This document shows, in pieces, positions 19,532 through 29,605 of a DNA stretch of 64,000 nucleotides (positions within the stretch are counted from its first letter, which is position 1; each line of letters starts with the position of its first letter). A model generated the notes under the pieces. It saw only the letters and a program-made list of their open reading frames with translations. It was not told where the DNA came from and did no database searches. The stretch is from a virus. Where the stretch lies: the IMG/VR virus record IMGVR_UViG_3300042894_002308, positions 32,001 through 96,000 of that record. One strand, written 5' to 3'. A program made the position numbers and the translations under genes.

Positions 19532-19783
19532 TTAACTTTCCATTTCAATAAAAGATTTTAGATCTGTCTTCAAATCTTTAATTTCTTCATTCAATGAAGT
19601 AATTTCTTCACGCAATTTTTTAATTATATCGTCTTTTATTTTAATAATTGGATAGTCTATAGTAGGAGGTTTTGCCTTTGTATAGTGATTATACTTTTTT
19701 TGATAATTTTGCATAAATGTTACTTCAAATTCCTTGATTGTTTGTTTTTCTATTCTCTCATTCATATTATCATTATAACTCAT
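19532..19783 (-). CDS. Small coiled-coil hypothetical protein
   Basis: Overlaps the polymerase stop codon (ATGA); C-terminal heptad pattern. Confidence 0.6.
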   Translation of the reverse strand: MSYNDNMNERIEKQTIKEFEVTFMQNYQKKYNHYTKAKPPTIDYPIIKIKDDIIKKLREEITSLNEEIKDLKTDLKSFIEMES

Positions 19784-22287
19784 CCAAAGAAGGATTCAAG
19801 TGTTACTTGTTGATTTATTGACCACTTAATTGCTTGTAAAATATTGTCAAGAGGTTCACCAAAAGTTTTATCAAATTGTTTCTTTCGATCAATATACTTT
19901 TCAAGATTAAATTGTGGAGGAGCCTTGCCAATGAATCCCATTACTGCATCTCTGCCGCCCATACCATATGGATTTGGAACACGAACAAATATAAACTTGA
20001 TCTTGTCGTTTTCCTTAATAGGTGGAAGTTCTTTATCCAAATTTATCTTCTTGACGTATGCATTGTGTAACAATGCAGCCTTGGTAGCAATCGGGGTACC
20101 TGACTTATATATGTCTGAGAAGTCAGTATACTTGCTGATACCCTTAACACCCCGAGGAGATGCTATAACATCTATAGGTAGTTCCATAAATTCATCATAA
20201 AATGCATCCACATACTTACGCAACTCCTCGGGGGTCTTGGTCATGATGATCATGATGCAATCTTTGAGTTTAGTACGAACAATACCGGGAGTACTGCTTC
20301 GTGCTGTCTCAAGACCCATGATCTTTAACTTTGGTTCACTGAAGCGAACACCTTCAAGATCTGTCATCAGTAACGCATATCGCTTCTTGGCAATAAACAT
20401 TCCACTTGATGCAATGGCTTCACGCTTGAATGAAATCTTGTTGGTGAGACAATTAAGTTTCGTGGTCAACTCTTTCATTGTCCCAGTCAATTCTTTTTGA
20501 ATATTCTTTTCACAGATATTATCAATAAAGGTTGTGATGTCACCGATATCACTCTTGCTAGAAACTTTAGTAATAATATCTTCAAGATTTAGATAAACAG
20601 AATCTGTATCAACGGCAATAACATAATCCTTTGAGTCAGTATTCTTCATAACTCTATTGATATAGGCATTCATCTGATCTTCAGCAGATCGAATGATAAC
20701 CTGACCAGTAACAGTAACTGCAGTTGCGAGTTCCGGAGAAGAGTATGTGAATGCAGGATTACCAAGACAGCCATACAGACTGTTTGCTAGAATCTTCTTA
20801 ACAGACTGACGAATCTTAAGAGCCGCAATCAAGGGAGTAAGTTTCTTATCCTTGGAGATTTCATATTCTTTTTCCAACTTAATCATCTTCTTCTTGGCTT
20901 CTTGTCGTTGATTGAAAGTGATCTCAATCAAAGTAGGAATGAATCCCTTGACGCTATTGGAGAAGACTGAACCATTGCATGCCAAGCATGCATTCTGATC
21001 AATAGCATCTTGAATCATGTCTGGAATCTCTTTGCGTTTACTACGCAAAAAGTCATCTGCATTCAATGATGAATTCTTGACAATGCATGTCTCGGGTGAA
21101 ATGTTCCAACCAATGATAATAGATGGATATAGAGATGTTGCATCGAAACTCACAACATTTTTATACAGACCAGGAATTACATCCTTGACATATGCACCAA
21201 TGAACTGATCATCCTTGGCATACTTTGTCTTTAATGGTGGAACAATGTTTTGCTTGGCAAGATAGTCACAACAAATGGTTTCCCAAATACGTGTGGCGAA
21301 GAAGACGGTATCAAAGGTGATCTTGGCTTCATATGCAATCGAAACTGCAAGATCAATTAACTTTAATTTATCCTCAAGTCGCTCAACCAAGACCACGTCT
21401 TGGACATTGTACTCAGCAAACTTTTGAAAGTTTTGCGTATAAAACTCACGCAACGACCCATATTCGGTATAGTCCAGTTTTTGTTCATCTAGTTCTACCT
21501 TTGCTATATTATTTAGAGCGTAACTCTCCTGGTTGGTTCCAGAAAATTTCTTATATAAATCCATGTAATCCAGGATGGTATATCCCGGAAACTCATATAG
21601 AGTATAGTCTTTACCACCAATATTGGTAATACGCATCTTCATGAAGCCAAAGGGCATCCATGCCTGAATCTCCTTTTCTTCAAAGAAGAGTTTGGCACGA
21701 CCAATGATATAGGGCATATCAAAGAGTTTGATGTTCCAGCCAGTCAGAATATCTGCATCACATTGACGAAGAATGTCAAAGATCTTCTTGATCAACTCCT
21801 TCTCGGATGCAACAAGCACAACTCTACAATCCGGAAGGTTCAGGGGTTTCATGGTGATAACATAATTGACACCAGAGATACGAATCGTCACCAAGTTGAT
21901 GCGTTCATTAGGCGCATCAAGATTGGGAAACCCCCCTTCCGTCTCACATTCAAGGTCCAAGTAGGCTACTTTGATCTTGGAAAGATCGTATTCCACCTCA
22001 GACGGATAAGTCTCCATGATATATTGAGTGATGAAATCAGTGTTTCCATAAATTGGACAATCTTCTAGTTCTCTGTATTGATCAAGGAATTCACGAGCCT
22101 CATACAAATTCTCAAACTTAATACGACCAACATTGACACCGGTCAAGGTTTTGTGTTTACTGGGAGTGTCAGTACGCATATACAATGATGGCTTATAGGT
22201 AACGGTATCCGTAAAACGAACACCGTTGTTATAGCCACGAACAAGAACCTTGTTCCCCTTAAGTGCACATGCTGTATAAAATTTCAT
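19780..22287 (-). CDS. Family B DNA polymerase (T4 gp43-like)
   Basis: ExoI DLECE; SFDATSLYPS, KILANSLYG, DTDS and KKRY. Confidence 0.97.
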   Translation of the reverse strand: MKFYTACALKGNKVLVRGYNNGVRFTDTVTYKPSLYMRTDTPSKHKTLTGVNVGRIKFENLYEAREFLDQYRELEDCPIYGNTDFITQYIMETYPSEVEYDLSKIKVAYLDLECETEGGFPNLDAPNERINLVTIRISGVNYVITMKPLNLPDCRVVLVASEKELIKKIFDILRQCDADILTGWNIKLFDMPYIIGRAKLFFEEKEIQAWMPFGFMKMRITNIGGKDYTLYEFPGYTILDYMDLYKKFSGTNQESYALNNIAKVELDEQKLDYTEYGSLREFYTQNFQKFAEYNVQDVVLVERLEDKLKLIDLAVSIAYEAKITFDTVFFATRIWETICCDYLAKQNIVPPLKTKYAKDDQFIGAYVKDVIPGLYKNVVSFDATSLYPSIIIGWNISPETCIVKNSSLNADDFLRSKRKEIPDMIQDAIDQNACLACNGSVFSNSVKGFIPTLIEITFNQRQEAKKKMIKLEKEYEISKDKKLTPLIAALKIRQSVKKILANSLYGCLGNPAFTYSSPELATAVTVTGQVIIRSAEDQMNAYINRVMKNTDSKDYVIAVDTDSVYLNLEDIITKVSSKSDIGDITTFIDNICEKNIQKELTGTMKELTTKLNCLTNKISFKREAIASSGMFIAKKRYALLMTDLEGVRFSEPKLKIMGLETARSSTPGIVRTKLKDCIMIIMTKTPEELRKYVDAFYDEFMELPIDVIASPRGVKGISKYTDFSDIYKSGTPIATKAALLHNAYVKKINLDKELPPIKENDKIKFIFVRVPNPYGMGGRDAVMGFIGKAPPQFNLEKYIDRKKQFDKTFGEPLDNILQAIKWSINQQVTLESFFG

Positions 22288-22601
22288 TATTTTGTTTCTT
22301 TATCTTCCAGCAATCCCTGAAGTAGAATCATATAGTTAATTACGTCAAGAATGCTGTCTTGAACAGTCTCATTTCCCACTTTTAATTCACCCTTCTTGAG
22401 GAAGGTGGAAATACGTGAGATTTTATCGACTACTCGCAACATTAACCCTTCTTCGGCACTTGCAAAGCCAAGAATCTCTCCTCTCTTAAAATTAGCAAAC
22501 GGATCTGTTCCGGATGCATAATCTGCGGACTTGTGACGCATTATTACTAATGCTCGGCGGCAAACGTCTTCGTGTAGTTGAAATAGTTCATCTCTAGTCA
22601 T
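22287..22601 (-). CDS. DUF1599/Nmad1-like (nucleotide-modification-associated, all-alpha) protein
   Basis: KSADYA...DPFANF...RVVDKISR...DSILDVINY. Confidence 0.7.
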   Translation of the reverse strand: MTRDELFQLHEDVCRRALVIMRHKSADYASGTDPFANFKRGEILGFASAEEGLMLRVVDKISRISTFLKKGELKVGNETVQDSILDVINYMILLQGLLEDKETK

Positions 22602-22607
22602 GGCAGT

Positions 22608-22635
22608 AGTATATACCCTATTATGGGGATGTCAA
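22608..22635 (-). promoter_or_regulatory. sigma70-like promoter TTGACA-N16-TATACT, 6 nt before ATG 22601
   Basis: Near-consensus; drives the polymerase operon. Confidence 0.8.
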
Positions 22636-22638
22636 GAA

Positions 22639-22646
22639 TATAAATA
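22639..22646 (+). promoter_or_regulatory. Late promoter TATAAATA for the plus-strand membrane-protein cassette
   Basis: Exact consensus, followed by GGAG SD and ATG 22674. Confidence 0.8.
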
Positions 22647-22673
22647 TTAATGCACCCAATGGAGTTTTAAAAT

Positions 22674-23279
22674 ATGCTGTTATCTCTCATCGATTATACC
22701 AAATTTATAGACATTATTTCTCTTATTATGGTAGGTGTAATCGGTGGTGTATATGGAATTATGAAATTTGTAAAGTCTAGAATAAAAACAGACAATTATA
22801 TTGCAATACATACCGAAATACATGAATTATTAACAGAACTTAGAATTACCACTAAGTCCATGAGAGCAAGTATTTTACAGTTTCATAACGGGGAATATAC
22901 AATGGATGGAATTTCCATGCGTAAATTTTCTGTAACTCACGAATCAACTCACAAAGGTTATACCTCACAGGTAGGGCTTCTCAAAGGAAGTTTATGTTCA
23001 ATGTTTATTCCCTTATTAGTCCATGTAGTAGAAAACAAAAGTTTAATTTATCCTCTTCGATCATTACCTGAAAGTTACACTAAAGGGTTCTTTGAAGATG
23101 AAAACGTTTCAGATTATGCGTGTCTTCCATTAAAAAACAAAGGAGCAAATGTTGGATTTGTTTTGCTTCAATGGAATGAAAAATTTGAACCACAGATGGA
23201 AGAACATGATATTTTAATGAAACATTTCAAGGCTATCAAAGAGTCAATCGAGATTCAACTTTCACATCAAAAGAACTGA
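22674..23279 (+). CDS. Single-TM plus GAF-like domain protein; candidate T4 T-type holin
   Basis: N-terminal TM IISLIMVGVIGGVYGIM; RASILQFHNG...ACLPL...VGFVLLQW GAF-like pattern. Confidence 0.55.
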   Translation: MLLSLIDYTKFIDIISLIMVGVIGGVYGIMKFVKSRIKTDNYIAIHTEIHELLTELRITTKSMRASILQFHNGEYTMDGISMRKFSVTHESTHKGYTSQVGLLKGSLCSMFIPLLVHVVENKSLIYPLRSLPESYTKGFFEDENVSDYACLPLKNKGANVGFVLLQWNEKFEPQMEEHDILMKHFKAIKESIEIQLSHQKN

Positions 23280-23287
23280 GGTATATT

Positions 23288-23719
23288 ATGTCTGAACAAC
23301 TCATATCATTAATTGGTGGAACTGCTACTGGATTTCTTTTCAAATACTGGGCTCAACGGGCTCAAGATCAAAAAGAAATGTTTGAGCAAATGCTCAAGGC
23401 AAATACTCAAACTACTGAAAATCAAGATAAGGCTGTCCAGCGTGTACCAATTGACGTTGGTAAGAACGTTCGCCGCCTTATTGTACTTTCCTGTCTCTTT
23501 GCAGTTGTGGCTGCTCCATTCGTCTTACCGTTCTTTGGGATTCCTACATTTGTAGAAATTTCACAGAAACAACCTGATTCGATCTTTGGATTTATCCCAG
23601 AAACAACTCGTAAATACTTTATTGAAATTCCAGGATATTTCTTGGCTGAAGAAAACCGTCAAGTTCTACTTGCCGTTGTTGGGTTCTACTTTGGTTCAGC
23701 AGCAGGGAGCAACAAATGA
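23288..23719 (+). CDS. Multi-TM membrane protein, 3TM holin-like
   Basis: Three hydrophobic segments; VRRLI and a terminal VVGFYFGS. Confidence 0.55.
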   Translation: MSEQLISLIGGTATGFLFKYWAQRAQDQKEMFEQMLKANTQTTENQDKAVQRVPIDVGKNVRRLIVLSCLFAVVAAPFVLPFFGIPTFVEISQKQPDSIFGFIPETTRKYFIEIPGYFLAEENRQVLLAVVGFYFGSAAGSNK

Positions 23720-23985
23720 AATATTTACTTCCAATCATTATTTTTCTCGCCTCATGCACAAGTCCTGAATTTGTCACATTAAAGACAAAGACTGGTGAAC
23801 ATATTCACACAGTCTCTGAAAATTCTTTTTTCAATACTCCAGACAAGGCATCAGAATGGGCATTCTGGTATTTTCCAGTTGTCGTATTCGTAGTCTGGTT
23901 GGTCTGGAAAGAATTTAAGTCAATTAAATTTTCTAAAAAGAAATCAACTGACTCCAGTACTACCGAACCCACCGATACGATCTGA
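23716..23985 (+). CDS. Lipoprotein with C-terminal TM helix; candidate unimolecular spanin
   Basis: Signal II MKYLLPIIIFLAS-C; TM WAFWYFPVVVFVVWLVW followed by a Lys-rich tail. Confidence 0.5.
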   Translation: MKYLLPIIIFLASCTSPEFVTLKTKTGEHIHTVSENSFFNTPDKASEWAFWYFPVVVFVVWLVWKEFKSIKFSKKKSTDSSTTEPTDTI

Positions 23986-24459
23986 CTTCAGACTCGGTTC
24001 TGTATAAATTTCCATGAGTCTTGGCTGTTCGTACTTCACTAGTTCACCCTGTGCAATACGATCTCTATCATAGATTCTAACAGGATCTGTGCTAGTATTA
24101 ATCATGATAAGTTTGGTCTCATAGGTGTAATCTTCGTCTACTACACCTTCGCAATTTGCAAGCGTAAGACCGTATTTAAGAGCCATTCCAGATCTAGGGT
24201 GTATTCGGACAGAATATCCTTGGGGCACATTAAAAGTCAAGCCTGTGCGAACTAGAGCCCTTTCAGAAGGCATTAGGGTAATGTATTGACCCTTTTCTCC
24301 ATCATGGTCTGGAAGAAACAAATTTTCCTTTTTTCCGTCATAAATTTTTACTTTTTCATTTGCTGGAATATATGCGGCAAGGTCAAAACATGCAGCCATT
24401 CTGGTCTGAAAATTTGGATCTGGAATATTTGGAGAAACTTTGAAGTAGTCTAGGAACAT
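23944..24459 (-). CDS. dut: Trimeric dUTPase
   Basis: Motifs AACFDL, PRSG, GVVDEDY, RIAQ and RIGGFGSTG. Confidence 0.95.
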   Translation of the reverse strand: MFLDYFKVSPNIPDPNFQTRMAACFDLAAYIPANEKVKIYDGKKENLFLPDHDGEKGQYITLMPSERALVRTGLTFNVPQGYSVRIHPRSGMALKYGLTLANCEGVVDEDYTYETKLIMINTSTDPVRIYDRDRIAQGELVKYEQPRLMEIYTEPSLKSDRIGGFGSTGVS

Positions 24460-24465
24460 GCAACT

Positions 24466-24493
24466 ATTATATCATGTAATAATCAAATGTCAA
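24466..24493 (-). promoter_or_regulatory. sigma70 promoter TTGACA-N16-TATAAT, 6 nt before the dut ATG
   Basis: Both hexamers are perfect consensus. Confidence 0.85.
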
Positions 24494-24783
24494 ACATCTA
24501 TTGAACCTTGAAATTCATCAAGTGTTTTGAGATAATCATATGCAGACTTAAATGGATTTGCTGTGTCTAATACACTATTGGCAAAATAAGTGTTCCAGGC
24601 TTCACCAGAAACACCATATGATTTTGCATACACATTTCGTTTACCATCTTGTTTGGTCTGTTCATTTAAATATAACAATACACTAATTTGTGTATTTGTA
24701 TTTTTATAAATTTCAACATTATTTACAACCCAATAGTTTGCTTCATATCCATTATCTAAAGTTATTGATTTTTCAAGTGCCAT
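24490..24783 (-). CDS. Small tail-fibre-associated protein or chaperone
   Basis: MALEKSITL..G....YW and AYDYLKTLDEF pattern; last gene of the fibre block. Confidence 0.55.
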   Translation of the reverse strand: MALEKSITLDNGYEANYWVVNNVEIYKNTNTQISVLLYLNEQTKQDGKRNVYAKSYGVSGEAWNTYFANSVLDTANPFKSAYDYLKTLDEFQGSIDV

Positions 24784-24797
24784 ATTATTTCCTTTAA

Positions 24798-25118
24798 TTA
24801 AGTTATTTCAAGTACAGAAACCAAGGTATGAAAATATCCTGTTAAACCTGATGTTGCTCTGAGCGTGTTACCAGATTCTAAAACCAATGGAGCATCCAAT
24901 ACCTGTAATGATGTGCCTGGATTAATGTAGACATTACTTATAACTGAATAAGCAGTCGATCCCTTTAACATTTCTACAGTTATTGTTGTTGATGCGTTTG
25001 CATTAACATTGCTAACATTAACAGCATTTACTAATGCGGTTCCAGTAACACCTGCATAAATTGAAGTTGCTGCTGTAGTACCTAAAATTGTTCCAAAACT
25101 TTTATATGTTTCTGGCAT
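24798..25118 (-). CDS. Small beta-sandwich virion structural protein
   Basis: NVSNV...PLVLESGNTLRA...VSVLEIT, a pattern typical of small T4-like virion proteins; CATAAATA at 25134-25141. Confidence 0.65.
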   Translation of the reverse strand: MPETYKSFGTILGTTAATSIYAGVTGTALVNAVNVSNVNANASTTITVEMLKGSTAYSVISNVYINPGTSLQVLDAPLVLESGNTLRATSGLTGYFHTLVSVLEIT

Positions 25119-25136
25119 GTGATTGTCCTATGTTAT

Positions 25137-25376
25137 TTATGGAATCGGTGGTGGGATGTATGGTGGAGTTGGAACAGGTGGTGCGGGTGGTGTTGGGATT
25201 GGAATTCCAAAATAATTATATGCTTCTTCTTCGGTATCAAACCAATACCATCCTTCAATAGGATAAGTATAGGTATCTTTTTGTGCTTTGTATAGACTAT
25301 ATGAACCACCCAAAACAAAATTAGGTCCATTTAAAACCATACCGGAATCATTTTTAAAAAATCCTGAAGTATCCAT
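25137..25376 (-). CDS. Small protein with Pro-rich tail, probable fibre-associated partner
   Basis: TYTYPIEGWYWFDTEEEA; directly downstream of the LRR-like fibre gene. Confidence 0.6.
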   Translation of the reverse strand: MDTSGFFKNDSGMVLNGPNFVLGGSYSLYKAQKDTYTYPIEGWYWFDTEEEAYNYFGIPIPTPPAPPVPTPPYIPPPIP

Positions 25377-25379
25377 AAT

Positions 25380-27110
25380 TTATCCTGTTACAGTCCATCC
25401 TTTATTGGTGGCAATAGAGGGAGTATCGGTTGCAGCTCCCCAGTTTCCTGTTATGGTAATAGTTTTAGCTCCGGCTCCACTGGCTCCTACAGTAGCCAGA
25501 CTTGTATATAAAGCATTCAAAGCCGTTGCACCCATTTGACAGTTTGTAAAATTTACATTTTGTCCAATTCCCGTAATACCACAACTTTGTAATGAACTTA
25601 AATTATTAAAAGCTGGCATAACCGCACCAGAACTTACACCCATTGTTGGAATAATTTTTAAAGCTTGACAAGATGTAAACATATTAGTTAGTGTTGGAGC
25701 ACCGGTTAAGGTTAATCCTGTAAATGTTCTAAGTGATCCAGCCAGTTCTGCAAAACTTGTAAAGTTAGTTCCTGCACTTGTATTAATAGCTGGCAAAGTC
25801 TGTAATGATAAAGTATAATAAAACATTTGTGTAAAATTTTGCCCTAATAAAGTATTGAAATTAGGAATTGATACTAATGCGCTAGCATAACTAAACATAT
25901 AACTAAAATTTGTTACCTTGGACGTATCAAACAAAGGAAGAGTTTTTAAAGATGAACAACCAGAAAACATTTCCGAACAGGTTGTAGCATTAGAAGTATT
26001 TGTTATTATAGGTGCTTCCACCAATGACGCACAACTAAGAAAAAGTTGACCTATATTTGTTAAAGATGAACTAGTTGTTAAAGTTCCAATCTTTTTAATA
26101 CCTCTACAATTTCCAAACATATAACTTATGTTTGTTGCTACTGGTAAATTAAATGGAGGAGCTTCAACAAGATTATAACAATTATAAAACATCAAATAGG
26201 TAGTAGTGGCTTTATTCAAATTGTAAGGAGGACAATATCTAACACTCTGGGCACCATAAGCAAAAACATCAAAACTTGTTCCATTAGAGGTATCCATCCA
26301 TGGAAGATATTGAAGAGAACTGCAATTATAGAACATATATCCAAAAGTAGTACACTTTGATGTATTCAAAATTTGAGGAATTTTTGTTAAAGAAAAACAA
26401 TGGTAGAACATTCCATATACATTCGTAACATTCTCTGTTGGTGTATTTACTACTTCTTGTAATGAATAGCACCACCAAAAAAATAAATTATAGCTGGATA
26501 CAGTACTTGTTCCAATCCAGTTAAATCGTTCTAAAATACCATGTTGAACATAACCAGCACCATTTCCACTGAAAGCTACAGATGTTACATTTGGTGCAGA
26601 TATCAATATATCTAAAAATCCAGATGAATATTGATTTGTTACTACACAGGAAGGATGTTGATGATCACGAAAATTAAATAAAGTAATAGTTGCACCACCA
26701 GTTGTTGGTGTTATCGTAATCATAGCCATTCGATAACCTCTACTGCTTGGCGTAGGATTAACTACACCGACAGTAGCATAATCATAATTTCTTGAAGCAA
26801 CATTTCCACTTGTATAGGAAGTAGTCGTTCCATCTCCCCAATCAACTGTATATGTGCCAGTATCTGTTGTAATTCTAAATGATACAAAGTTAGTACCAGT
26901 ATCAAAGACTGCATGAAGAATACAAATCTTTTGATCTCCTACATTTACTGTAGGCATTGCAAGCCAGTCAGAAGGTCTTACATATGGAGCAGTAATAAAA
27001 TAAGATTTTAATCCAGTATTTTTATTATTGTTTAATACACCATTGGAACCATTATTTAAATTATTACTTCCAATTACACCATTATTTGTACGGTTACTTC
27101 TACTCTTCAT
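25380..27110 (-). CDS. BspA/DUF285-like repeat protein, probable receptor-binding fibre
   Basis: More than 10 repeats of about 22-24 aa (TSKVTNFSYMFS.ASAL..IP); YVRPSDWL, VDWGDG and C-terminal IATNKGWTVTG. Confidence 0.75.
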   Translation of the reverse strand: MKSRSNRTNNGVIGSNNLNNGSNGVLNNNKNTGLKSYFITAPYVRPSDWLAMPTVNVGDQKICILHAVFDTGTNFVSFRITTDTGTYTVDWGDGTTTSYTSGNVASRNYDYATVGVVNPTPSSRGYRMAMITITPTTGGATITLFNFRDHQHPSCVVTNQYSSGFLDILISAPNVTSVAFSGNGAGYVQHGILERFNWIGTSTVSSYNLFFWWCYSLQEVVNTPTENVTNVYGMFYHCFSLTKIPQILNTSKCTTFGYMFYNCSSLQYLPWMDTSNGTSFDVFAYGAQSVRYCPPYNLNKATTTYLMFYNCYNLVEAPPFNLPVATNISYMFGNCRGIKKIGTLTTSSSLTNIGQLFLSCASLVEAPIITNTSNATTCSEMFSGCSSLKTLPLFDTSKVTNFSYMFSYASALVSIPNFNTLLGQNFTQMFYYTLSLQTLPAINTSAGTNFTSFAELAGSLRTFTGLTLTGAPTLTNMFTSCQALKIIPTMGVSSGAVMPAFNNLSSLQSCGITGIGQNVNFTNCQMGATALNALYTSLATVGASGAGAKTITITGNWGAATDTPSIATNKGWTVTG

Positions 27111-28876
27111 AAAAACCAACTCCTAGCATTACTAGTAAGTATATAGCCATTTGCTTGAACATTATTGGTAAAGGTAATACCACCTGCAGCACTAATACCA
27201 GCAGTACTGAAGAGTGCACCATTTTGGTCAATACCTGCAACCATATTGGTTGTAGTAAAACTACCTGATAACTGTTGACCATCACTTGTTTGTTTATATG
27301 CTGCAAAGATTGGTACTGATTGTGTTGGAGCCGAATTTATTCTTAATGCGGGTCTACCAGCTTGGTAATTATAAGAATTATTAAAATCGGAATATCCAAA
27401 TATATGAAATCTTTCATTATTTGGAGAAAAATCAACAGTTCCATTACCAGATCCTATTACATTTCCACCAATTTGGAATAGTCCATTTTTTAACCACATA
27501 CCACCATTGGTAGCTGATGTAGATGGAATAAATTGTAAAAATGCTGATGTTGGACCAAAGAGGAACCCAGTGCTTCCTGTTAGATAACCATTTAAAGTAA
27601 TACCACCAGAAGCACTAAGTCCACCAGCAAAACTTGCAAGACCTGTATGGGATGAGGTGCTTGTCATTGCTACGGTATTAGAAAATGTAGAAGGAGAACT
27701 AACATCAAAAGACGAAGAGCTTACACGAACAGTTGCTCCAGCAACACCACCAAGTGTAATACCACCCAAAATAAAAACTTTACTAGAAGTATTTGCTGAT
27801 CCAATTGTTATTTGGGAATCTGCACCACCACTAAGATTTCCTGCTATATTAATTGTTTTTGTGCCAGAAAATGATGTTTCATTCCCTATATTAAGTGTAA
27901 AACCTGAAGATTGTGTATTTAAAATATTAAGAGTAGTAGCATTTGCATTAAACAGTGTTGCAGTTGTTGATGTAGTTGTGATATCACCACCGTTTACTGC
28001 AATATCACCAGAGAATGTTGCAGTGGTTCCCTGTAATGTTCCGGAAAGAGTTACACCACCAGCAGCACTAATGCCTTTTGATGCGCTCAATAGTCCAGTA
28101 AAGGAAGCAGTGACACCAGTAATAGGTCCTGCAAAATTATTTGTATAACCAGCTTGCTGTGAGTTGATACCATTGTTAAAAACATGTTGAGCACCACTAT
28201 ATACATATGTTGGAGTTACCGAAAATTGATCACCACCAGATGCATGAAATATAATTGAACTACCAACATCACTCGTTGGTGTTGCTAGATGTAGATTAGC
28301 ACCATAAAGATATCCACCATCATTAAAAATCCCCTTTGCTGTTATAGCAACGCCACCACTTTCATCAAGACCTAATCCATAAACACCTCTTTCAAACTCC
28401 AATCCCATTGCTTGTTGATTACCAAAAAGATCATTTCCATTTGTTGCACCTGATAGAGTGAATATATCTGTAATTTGACCAAGATATCCTACAGTAAGTC
28501 CAAAATAATTATTTGCAGTAACACCAGAGCCATAACGAAACTGAATGTTTCCTGTGGTTCCTGCATAGGTGGTTACGGAACCTGTTGCACCATTGACCGA
28601 AGTAACAATATTTGGTGCAGAGATGTTACCACTAAAGGTTGCACCAGAAGCACTAATGCCTGCAGAGAACGATTGTAGCGCACTAAATGATTGCGTTATA
28701 CCAAGACCAGCAATAGTAGTTGAAGTAGTGGGAAAGGTAACAACAGCAGAACCCGAACCAGCAATGGTTACATCTCCACCAGTAATACCCAGTTTTCTAA
28801 CTGTAGTACCACCTGAGATGTCAAATCCATCTGCATTGTTTGTAATATCGAGATTGACTGATGATTGCTTTGCCAT
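27107..28876 (-). CDS. Gly/Ser/Thr-rich tail fibre protein
   Basis: Repeated AGISA.GG.T motifs and VTSVNGATG; TATAAATA at 28889-28896. Confidence 0.7.
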   Translation of the reverse strand: MAKQSSVNLDITNNADGFDISGGTTVRKLGITGGDVTIAGSGSAVVTFPTTSTTIAGLGITQSFSALQSFSAGISASGATFSGNISAPNIVTSVNGATGSVTTYAGTTGNIQFRYGSGVTANNYFGLTVGYLGQITDIFTLSGATNGNDLFGNQQAMGLEFERGVYGLGLDESGGVAITAKGIFNDGGYLYGANLHLATPTSDVGSSIIFHASGGDQFSVTPTYVYSGAQHVFNNGINSQQAGYTNNFAGPITGVTASFTGLLSASKGISAAGGVTLSGTLQGTTATFSGDIAVNGGDITTTSTTATLFNANATTLNILNTQSSGFTLNIGNETSFSGTKTINIAGNLSGGADSQITIGSANTSSKVFILGGITLGGVAGATVRVSSSSFDVSSPSTFSNTVAMTSTSSHTGLASFAGGLSASGGITLNGYLTGSTGFLFGPTSAFLQFIPSTSATNGGMWLKNGLFQIGGNVIGSGNGTVDFSPNNERFHIFGYSDFNNSYNYQAGRPALRINSAPTQSVPIFAAYKQTSDGQQLSGSFTTTNMVAGIDQNGALFSTAGISAAGGITFTNNVQANGYILTSNARSWFL

Positions 28877-28891
28877 ATGTGCTACCTATAT

Positions 28892-29605
28892 TTATAGACC
28901 AAATCTTCCTTTAAAAGTATTAAAGTTTGTGGTAATTTCGCCTGCCGACAAAGCGCGATTATAAACTGAAACTTGATTAATTCTTGCAGTAGCATATTCA
29001 CCAGCAATAGGATCTCCACCAACATAAAATGGCATAGCACTAGTCCTCAAATCTGGTTGATCAGCGTCTCGTAATCCTACTTGTGTGCCATTTACATAAA
29101 GTTTCATGTTAGATGTTCCGCTTTGTGTCCCGTCATAAATTGCGGTGATATTTTGCCAGACATTGAGAGTGAACAGATAAAATACTTCAGCAGGATACAT
29201 CTCAAATTTTTGAGTGGTTAATTTGTAAAACTGTAATGGTGTAGTTCCTCTGTAGCCCATGAGAACATAGCCATCTTGATTTGCAGTAGGATATGTCCAG
29301 ATGTCCCAAGTAAAAGCCGTAGCTGCTGATTGCACTGGTGTTTGATAAGTGAAACTGGTTCTCTGTGTTCCACCACTTCCGAAACTAAGATAACTACTGG
29401 CTCCAGCAGATACATATGTAGGACTATTAACTATTGTACCGTTATTACCATTACCACTTAAATCAGTCCAAGTAGTTCCCGATCCAGAATAACTTGCAAC
29501 ATTTCCTGCATCAAGATTGAGAACCAAACCTGATCTAATAACAGTAGGTGTATTAGTAATACTCCGCACACCAGTCATGGAAGATATTCCTGTAAATACA
29601 CTCAT
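28892..29605 (-). CDS. LamG/concanavalin A-like lectin-fold virion protein
   Basis: [29 protein letters not shown]...[13 protein letters not shown]. Confidence 0.85.
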   Translation of the reverse strand: MSVFTGISSMTGVRSITNTPTVIRSGLVLNLDAGNVASYSGSGTTWTDLSGNGNNGTIVNSPTYVSAGASSYLSFGSGGTQRTSFTYQTPVQSAATAFTWDIWTYPTANQDGYVLMGYRGTTPLQFYKLTTQKFEMYPAEVFYLFTLNVWQNITAIYDGTQSGTSNMKLYVNGTQVGLRDADQPDLRTSAMPFYVGGDPIAGEYATARINQVSVYNRALSAGEITTNFNTFKGRFGL

